Assembly (NCBI GenBank): GCA_001766815.1
Contig: LYOS01000001.1
Span: 459,987-491,986 of the forward strand
Length of the DNA: 32,000 nt
Source of the DNA: Candidatus Syntropharchaeum caldarium
GTDB lineage: Archaea; Halobacteriota; Syntropharchaeia; Syntropharchaeales; Syntropharchaeaceae
Direction: 5' to 3'
The notes under the pieces were generated by a model that saw only the letters and a list, made by a program, of their open reading frames with translations, was not told the origin of the DNA and did not search any database. Of this stretch, positions 26,833 through 32,000 are shown piece by piece; position 1 is the first letter of the stretch; each line of letters starts with the position of its first letter. The translations under genes and the position numbers were made by a program.

Positions 26833-26950
26833 TAAGTTCTTTAACGACTTCCGATAACAGCGGAGATACGGCTATGCTTCACTTTATCAAAATTTCTCTT
26901 CGGGAAACTTTGTATTCCTGCAAACCGTTGTCTGAAAGCTGCGTAAGAGA

Positions 26951-28147
26951 ATGAGGTTTTACATTCAGACATTCGGATGTACAGCAAACGCAGGTGATTC
27001 TATGCGGATCGCAGCATCCCTCAGGAGAAGGGGTGGTGTGTGGATCGACCGGTGGGAAGATGCAGATACTGTTGTTGTGAACACCTGTACAGTAACAGCG
27101 CGCACAGAGCAGAACGTTCTGAAGTTTATCAGGAAGATGCGGGATCATGGGAAGCAACTGATTATCGCAGGCTGCATGGTCGCTGTCCAGCCGGATCTGA
27201 TTGAAGAGAACGATGGTATCCTTGAGACACTGACGCCGTCTTCAATCGATGCTCTCCCTCCACCAGAGATCCGTAATGGTGTGATAGGTGTTCTCAACAT
27301 CGCACAGGGCTGTACTGGAGCATGTACCTACTGTATCGTTAAATATGCAAGGGGCGAGCTTGTAAGTGCAGAACTTGATGAGATAATTTCCACGATAGCA
27401 CATTTTTCAAGAATGGGATTGCGTGAGATCAGACTCACATCACAGGATTGTAGTGCGTATGGAGCTGATACTGGTAATATAAATCTTGCGGATCTCCTGA
27501 ATGCTATATCGTCCATTGACGGGGATTTTATGGTGCGCGTTGGCATGATGAACCCGGAGACGCTCCTTCCAATCCTTGATGATTTGATTGATGCCTTCAG
27601 GAGTGATAAAATATTCAGGTTCGTCCATGTTCCTGTTCAATCTGGCTCAGACCCTGTTCTTGCTACAATGGGGAGAGGATATACCGTTGCCGAGTTTGAG
27701 CGAATCGTGGACGCATTCAGGTCAGCATTTTCTGATATGACACTCTCAACCGATTTTATCGTGGGATTTCCAGGAGAGAGTGAGGAGGACTTTGAGCAAT
27801 CGGTCGAGCTTCTAAAGAGGGTTCATCCTGAGAAGGTCAACATCACAAGGTTCTCACCCCGTCCTTCAACGCCCGCCTCCAGGATGGAAGATCTTCCAGC
27901 ACAGATAAAGAAGGATAGATCAAGGAAACTTAACAAGGTCTATCGTGAGACTCTTAACAGGCAACAGAAACTCGTTGGTCGGGTATTTGATGTTATCGCA
28001 ACCGAGAGAGGCGCCAAAGGAGGTGTTGTCACGCGAGATGATGCTTACAGGTACATACTTCTCAGAGAGGGGGTTGAACCTGGCATGCGTGCAAGGGTGA
28101 AGGTTACTGAATCAAGAGGGGTTTATCTTGTTGGTGAGGTTATCTGA
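26951..28147 (+). CDS. MiaB-like tRNA methylthiotransferase, archaeal MtaB/CDKAL1 type
   Basis: UPF0004 N-domain (RFYIQTFGCTANAGDS), radical SAM motif (GCTGACTYCIVKYARG), and a C-terminal TRAM-like domain (VGRVFDVIATE...). Confidence 0.85.
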   Translation: MRFYIQTFGCTANAGDSMRIAASLRRRGGVWIDRWEDADTVVVNTCTVTARTEQNVLKFIRKMRDHGKQLIIAGCMVAVQPDLIEENDGILETLTPSSIDALPPPEIRNGVIGVLNIAQGCTGACTYCIVKYARGELVSAELDEIISTIAHFSRMGLREIRLTSQDCSAYGADTGNINLADLLNAISSIDGDFMVRVGMMNPETLLPILDDLIDAFRSDKIFRFVHVPVQSGSDPVLATMGRGYTVAEFERIVDAFRSAFSDMTLSTDFIVGFPGESEEDFEQSVELLKRVHPEKVNITRFSPRPSTPASRMEDLPAQIKKDRSRKLNKVYRETLNRQQKLVGRVFDVIATERGAKGGVVTRDDAYRYILLREGVEPGMRARVKVTESRGVYLVGEVI

Positions 28148-28293
28148 GAATTGGGTGGCATAGATCTTACGCCTGAAGCCAGTTTTGCAGGAAACACTGT
28201 TGTAGTTTTGGATATAAACCTCACGGAAAAATATTATATAGTGTAAAGTTAATAATTAAATATGGAGGTGGGACAATAAAGGTTCGAGATATT

Positions 28294-28749
28294 ATGAGGA
28301 AACCTATTGTTACGTGTGACGAGGATGCTACCACCGACAAGGTCGCAGAGCTTCTCGATAAACACGGGGTGGGGGCGGTTGTTGTCACCCGCTACGGTGA
28401 ACCAGTTGGGATCGTGACAGGACGAGACCTTGCGGCAAAGGTGATTGCAGAAGGGAAACGGGCAAGCGAGGTTCGTGTAAAAGACGTGATGACGCCCTAT
28501 CTTATCACGATCGATGCAGATGCAGATGTCAGGGAGGCAGCGAAGGTTATGGGTAGCAGACGTCTGCGCAGACTTCTTGTTACGGACAAAGGAAAGATCG
28601 TTGGGATAATAACCGTCACAGGCATACTGATGGGCGAGAAGAGGATTGCAGAAGCGGTTGTAAAGAAATTTGCAGAAGCAGCTGCTGAGGAATGGGAGAG
28701 GATGATGAGGCTTGCGGAAAAAGTACCTGATGTTACTGTAGGGTTGTAA
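28294..28749 (+). CDS. CBS-domain pair protein; the true start is possibly 18 nt upstream at a non-ATG codon
   Basis: Two CBS repeats (GAVVVT..GEPVGIVTGRDL and RRLLVTDKGKIVGIITVTGIL). It is a paralogue of the next gene. Confidence 0.85.
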   Translation: MRKPIVTCDEDATTDKVAELLDKHGVGAVVVTRYGEPVGIVTGRDLAAKVIAEGKRASEVRVKDVMTPYLITIDADADVREAAKVMGSRRLRRLLVTDKGKIVGIITVTGILMGEKRIAEAVVKKFAEAAAEEWERMMRLAEKVPDVTVGL

Positions 28750-28760
28750 GGGGGATAAGA

Positions 28761-29177
28761 ATGAAGGTCAAAGATATAATGTCTTCGCCTGTTATCACCT
28801 GCAGTGAGGATGAGACGGTTGAGAAGGCTGCCAGACTCATCAAAGAGCACCAGATAGGAGCCGTTGTTGTAACGAGAGATGATGAACCGGTAGGCATCAT
28901 AACCGGCAGAGATATGGCGATAAAAGTGATGGCAAAAGATCTTGATGCGAGCAAGGTCCAGGTAAGGGATGCTATGTCGAGCGATATCGTTACAATCGAT
29001 GCAGATGCAGATCTCGATGAGGCAACGAGGATATTTGGAACCAAACAGTTGCGAAGGATACTCGTAACAGAGGACGGAAAACTTGTCGGGATACTCACGG
29101 CAAGAGAACTCTTCACGAGGAAACCAAAGACGGCAAAGTTATTCGCTGCGTGTATACCGTTTAAAGCTGCCACCTGA
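28761..29177 (+). CDS. CBS-domain pair protein
   Basis: MKVKDIMSSPVITC...GAVVVTRDDEPVGIITGRDM...RRILVTEDGKLVGILTAREL. It is colinear with the upstream paralogue. Confidence 0.85.
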   Translation: MKVKDIMSSPVITCSEDETVEKAARLIKEHQIGAVVVTRDDEPVGIITGRDMAIKVMAKDLDASKVQVRDAMSSDIVTIDADADLDEATRIFGTKQLRRILVTEDGKLVGILTARELFTRKPKTAKLFAACIPFKAAT

Positions 29178-29180
29178 TCG

Positions 29181-30350
29181 TTACTGGTGGTTAGCCTTTC
29201 TTCTTTTTATAAAATATCGCTTAAAAGAAAAATGCGCAATCACGATATTCACGATAACAAGCCCCATGCATAATATAACGATACCGTCAATCCCGAATCT
29301 GAGATAGACCGGTAGCGTTGCAAGCGGTGCCAGTCCATATCCGAGAAAACGGAAGCTGTTGTATATGGAGGAGGCAGCACCTCTTGATCCTGGTACGCAC
29401 TCAACAACCATCGTATTGAGCGAGGTGAAGACGGTTGTACTTCCAGCACCCATGACAGCAATAGGAATGAAGAAGGATGTATAGGAGTTTACAGGCAGAA
29501 ATATCAAAAATGAAGCGAGCATGATCATCAATCCAGTGAGCAACGTCTTTTTTCTCCCGATAAAATCTGTAAGATAACCTGCGACCGGCGCTGTCACAAT
29601 CCCGAGAAATCCAAACGTGGAGAGGAGAATGCCTATCTTATCTTCACTTACAGAGACCTTCAGCGTATCAGAGAGGAACGTCATCGTTGCGATATTCCCG
29701 AAGAAGACGAGGGTTCCGATCACAGAGAGAAGAAGAAACTCTTTTCTCCCTATCACCGCTCTTATTCTCCCTGTCAGATCCCTCAACTCACCCTCGGTAC
29801 CAGATTCATCGAGATATATGAGATAGGAGGATCCAAGAAGTCCTGAGAAGATGGATAACATCACAAAAACGAGCCTCCAGTCGATCATAGCAAGAAATCC
29901 ACCAGCCAGTGGACCCAGTGCGATTCCAGCTGTTGTCGATGCACCATATCCCCCCATTATCCTTCCCCTCTCACTGTAGGGAAAGATATCACCGATCATG
30001 GCCATGACAGTCGGGGATATGAACGCACTTCCAAGCCCCTGCAGCGCCCTTGCTGTGAGAAAGAACCAGATACGATCTGAAGAGGCACAGAATAGCGATG
30101 CAATGGAGAATGTAAATAACCCGAAGAGGATTGTACGCCTTCTCCCATAGATATCCGAGAGTGCACCTGAGAATATCTGAAAGAATGCAAATGGAATCAT
30201 GTAAAGCGTGATGGATGCTGCTATAAAGGAGATATCCACATTGAAGAACCTCTCAAGTGACGGGATCAGAGCAAGTACGGTATTCCCACCAAAAGGCCCG
30301 AGAAATACCGAAAAATATAGTAGAATTAAGAGATACTTTCTTGATCTCAT
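29181..30350 (-). CDS. MFS transporter (drug/metabolite efflux-like)
   Basis: 389 aa with about 12 TM helices. MFS motif A is GALSDIYGRRRTILFG. Confidence 0.85.
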   Translation of the reverse strand: MRSRKYLLILLYFSVFLGPFGGNTVLALIPSLERFFNVDISFIAASITLYMIPFAFFQIFSGALSDIYGRRRTILFGLFTFSIASLFCASSDRIWFFLTARALQGLGSAFISPTVMAMIGDIFPYSERGRIMGGYGASTTAGIALGPLAGGFLAMIDWRLVFVMLSIFSGLLGSSYLIYLDESGTEGELRDLTGRIRAVIGRKEFLLLSVIGTLVFFGNIATMTFLSDTLKVSVSEDKIGILLSTFGFLGIVTAPVAGYLTDFIGRKKTLLTGLMIMLASFLIFLPVNSYTSFFIPIAVMGAGSTTVFTSLNTMVVECVPGSRGAASSIYNSFRFLGYGLAPLATLPVYLRFGIDGIVILCMGLVIVNIVIAHFSFKRYFIKRRKANHQ

Positions 30351-31070
30351 TCATCTTCTCGATCTCATCCTCTCAGTGAGCCTCTCAAACTCCTCAGACG
30401 GTTTCGCCAGCCCCGCGGTGGAAAGATCGATCGCATCTGCTATTCCCTTTATACGCTCTGAGGGGATCGATGCGATCATGATATCAGGATCCCAGCCCTC
30501 CATCCTCCTTGCAGTTATATCTCCAACAGAGAGGTTGAAGTTCCCTGATACAAGGGGATAGGTTATTGTGCTCCAGCACATCGCCCCTCTCATCTCAAAA
30601 GATGGAGTCTTACCATCCCAGAACTGATTTAATGTGATTAACCTTGATGCCTGCTCTGCGTTTATAAGAAATAGGACTATATCAGGCTGGAATAGATCTT
30701 TTCTGACAGGATAGAGGAACACCTTCTTTGATAGGCCAACAGGTGGCTTTGCTATCCTCTCAGTCTCAGTACCGGATCTAATTGCTGTTTTAAGATCAAA
30801 CCATAGCTTTTCCCCTTCAACAAGCATCTTCCACGGGGTTTTACCTTTCTCGGTAAGACCAAGATGCTTCTTTCCACCAAAGCAGGCGCATTTATCTTCT
30901 GATAGTTCGATGATCTCCCCATCCGAAGCCTCGAGTATCCCACCGCAAACCGTGTGCTTCCTCTCCTCAACCCCGGCAGGGGGATCCTCATCCGTGTACT
31001 TAACCCCCACAGGTTCCCTCTCTATCCCGAGTGAGCCCACAATCTTATCGATATCTTCTATCAATCCCAT
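30351..31070 (-). CDS. DUF169 (COG2043)-like protein
   Basis: IEREPVGVKYTDEDPP and the overall pattern match DUF169 as I recall it. The start was moved from the track (31160) to Met31 (ATG at 31070), which has GGAGGG 7 nt upstream and avoids an 88-nt overlap with the FmdE gene. Confidence 0.65.
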   Translation of the reverse strand: MGLIEDIDKIVGSLGIEREPVGVKYTDEDPPAGVEERKHTVCGGILEASDGEIIELSEDKCACFGGKKHLGLTEKGKTPWKMLVEGEKLWFDLKTAIRSGTETERIAKPPVGLSKKVFLYPVRKDLFQPDIVLFLINAEQASRLITLNQFWDGKTPSFEMRGAMCWSTITYPLVSGNFNLSVGDITARRMEGWDPDIMIASIPSERIKGIADAIDLSTAGLAKPSEEFERLTERMRSRR

Positions 31071-31072
31071 CT

Positions 31073-31735
31073 TCAACCCTCCAGACACGGGATACACACA
31101 ATCTTCCCAAGCTTCAATCTTGCCCTTGGCTCCATAACCGCCTCGCCACATTCCTCGCATATGACAGATGCGAACATACGAGCCTTAGCAGGCGCCTCGA
31201 TCTCTACCTCCCTTACATCAAAGAGCTTATCATCTTCCATCTCAAGGAGCGTCTTCTCCATCTTTTTCTCAAGATTGGAGCCTGATAGTTCCCTTCTAAC
31301 CTCCTCAAATACCTCCTCAAATGGGAGATTCCCCTTCTCCTTCAAGAGCTTATGGATCATCTCTCTGAACTCGCGCATCTTCTCAAGGGCCTCGGGGGAG
31401 ATTGAAATCCTTACTCCCCTCTTCTTATTTCTATCATAGAAAGTTGCTGCCATCTTCCCCCAGTCTCTGAATATGAAGTTGCCCTTCCCGAATGTACATC
31501 CTGTTACAACCTGGATCCCATCTGCAGCACAGGTATCATTCTCAACGATTGCAAGAAGCTCCTCTCCTTTTGCACGCCTGACACCAAGCTCCTTTAACCC
31601 GAGAAGTCCCATCCTGACACCGATTATAAGCCCACCACAGAGATGTCCATGAAAGTCAACGGCCCTTTCAAGCCATTCTCTTTCCTCTTCGCCTACTTCA
31701 AGGCCTTTTAATCTTCTAGCTATATATTCTTCCAT
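31073..31735 (-). CDS. FmdE/FwdE-domain protein with C-terminal zinc ribbon
   Basis: FHGHLCGGLIIGVRMG and ENDTCAADGIQVVTGCTFGKGNF are PF02663 hallmarks. The C-terminal CEECGEAV...CIPC is a CxxC...CxxC ribbon. The ATG at 31735 overlaps the upstream TGA. Confidence 0.8.
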   Translation of the reverse strand: MEEYIARRLKGLEVGEEEREWLERAVDFHGHLCGGLIIGVRMGLLGLKELGVRRAKGEELLAIVENDTCAADGIQVVTGCTFGKGNFIFRDWGKMAATFYDRNKKRGVRISISPEALEKMREFREMIHKLLKEKGNLPFEEVFEEVRRELSGSNLEKKMEKTLLEMEDDKLFDVREVEIEAPAKARMFASVICEECGEAVMEPRARLKLGKIVCIPCLEG

Positions 31736-31971
31736 CACGATCCCTTCTCCTCTCGTTTTTCAACGTTTTCAAGGTATTCCTCACCTCTTGGTGTGGGATA
31801 ATAATAAATCTCATCCCCCTTTTTCACACTCTCAACGTAAAGTGCGTTTTCAAGCATATCAAGGTGAAGCTTCACCTCTGCGTCACCGAGATTGAAATGC
31901 TCTTTTATCTCCTCGATGCTTTTTCCACCCACCACAAACGCGAGAATCTCTCTCCTCGTCCGGTTCTGCAT
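31735..31971 (-). CDS. small winged-helix (ArsR/TrmB-like) transcriptional regulator
   Basis: 78 aa. RTRREILAFVVGGKSIEEIKEHFNLGDAEVKLHLDMLENALYVE is an HTH-plus-wing pattern. It is the first gene of the coupled four-gene unit. Confidence 0.7.
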   Translation of the reverse strand: MQNRTRREILAFVVGGKSIEEIKEHFNLGDAEVKLHLDMLENALYVESVKKGDEIYYYPTPRGEEYLENVEKREEKGS

Positions 31972-32000
31972 CGTTCTCCAGGCAATTCGGTGGTCCTCCT

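Noticed and set aside
28497-29173. Long antisense or shadow ORFs opposite real genes. Examples: 28497-28850 and 28733-29173 opposite the CBS genes; 312-920, 1014-1484, 4390-4764, 6187-6579, 11268-11636, 13628-14077 and 30208-30561.
   Set aside because: All lie fully inside well-supported genes on the other strand. They have Ser/Arg/Leu-rich low-complexity composition and no start context. This is typical of antisense frames of coding DNA.
1-32000. CGATCG (PvuI-type palindrome) seems frequent. I noticed well over a dozen by eye, which might hint at a methylation or restriction-related bias.
   Set aside because: I did not count rigorously. The motif is produced by common in-frame codon pairs here (ATC-GAT, GAT-CGx, TCG-ATC), so codon usage is the simpler explanation. 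A k-mer enrichment test against a codon-shuffled null would be needed.
1-32000. Search for tRNA, rRNA, CRISPR repeats, IS elements, integrases and reverse transcriptases in the intergenic gaps (5723-5801, 7417-7590, 14347-14673, 21986-22186, 23338-23469, 24379-24547, 26833-26950, 28148-28293).
   Set aside because: No cloverleaf-compatible sequences, direct repeat arrays, terminal inverted repeats or recombinase/RT motifs were seen. The gaps look like AT-rich archaeal promoter and terminator regions.

Overview
This is an archaeal chromosomal window, almost entirely coding. All calls come from reading motifs by eye; no searches were run, so family names are recollections to confirm with HMM searches. 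I saw no rRNA, tRNA, CRISPR array, transposase or integrase. The lineage looks like a methanogen or ANME-type member of the Methanomicrobia. That inference rests on archaeal r-proteins L19e/L18/S5/L30, an Fpo/Fqo-type 11-subunit complex I homologue with split fpoJ, and a gene resembling methanogenesis marker 16.

Layout:
(1) 30-1500: an unknown protein plus a SAM methyltransferase.
(2) 1497-5722 (-): one tightly packed unit, L19e-L18-S5-L30-DJ-1/PfpI-radical SAM/SPASM (NirJ/Ahb-like)-thymidylate kinase.
(3) 5802-7416 (-): a COG1900/HcyBio+ferredoxin protein and an AdoMet-decarboxylase-fold protein.
(4) 7591-18746: the complete Fpo core, arranged as two convergent, translationally coupled blocks. 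These are fpoI-J-J-K-L-M-N plus two unknown small genes on the + strand, and fpoA-B-C-D-H on the - strand.
(5) 18850-25711: housekeeping and accessory genes (SPOUT methyltransferase, MBL hydrolase, membrane DUF proteins, lipoprotein, PfkB kinase, family III CoA-transferase).
(6) 25744-26832: a low-GC single-gene island encoding a PD-(D/E)xK nuclease-fold protein.
(7) 26951-29177: a MiaB/MtaB-like methylthiotransferase and two tandem CBS-pair genes.
(8) 29181-31971 (-): a coupled wHTH-FmdE/Zn-ribbon-DUF169-MFS operon.

The best candidate for something undescribed is the remodelled Fpo complex. FpoB carries a ~195-aa N-terminal extension with three hydrophobic helices. Two orphan soluble proteins are coupled to fpoN. 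A 55-codon two-helix ORF sits in frame behind the fpoH stop codon. The operon is split and inverted at the H|I junction. Secondary candidates are the FmdE-DUF169-MFS operon and the low-GC nuclease-fold gene.
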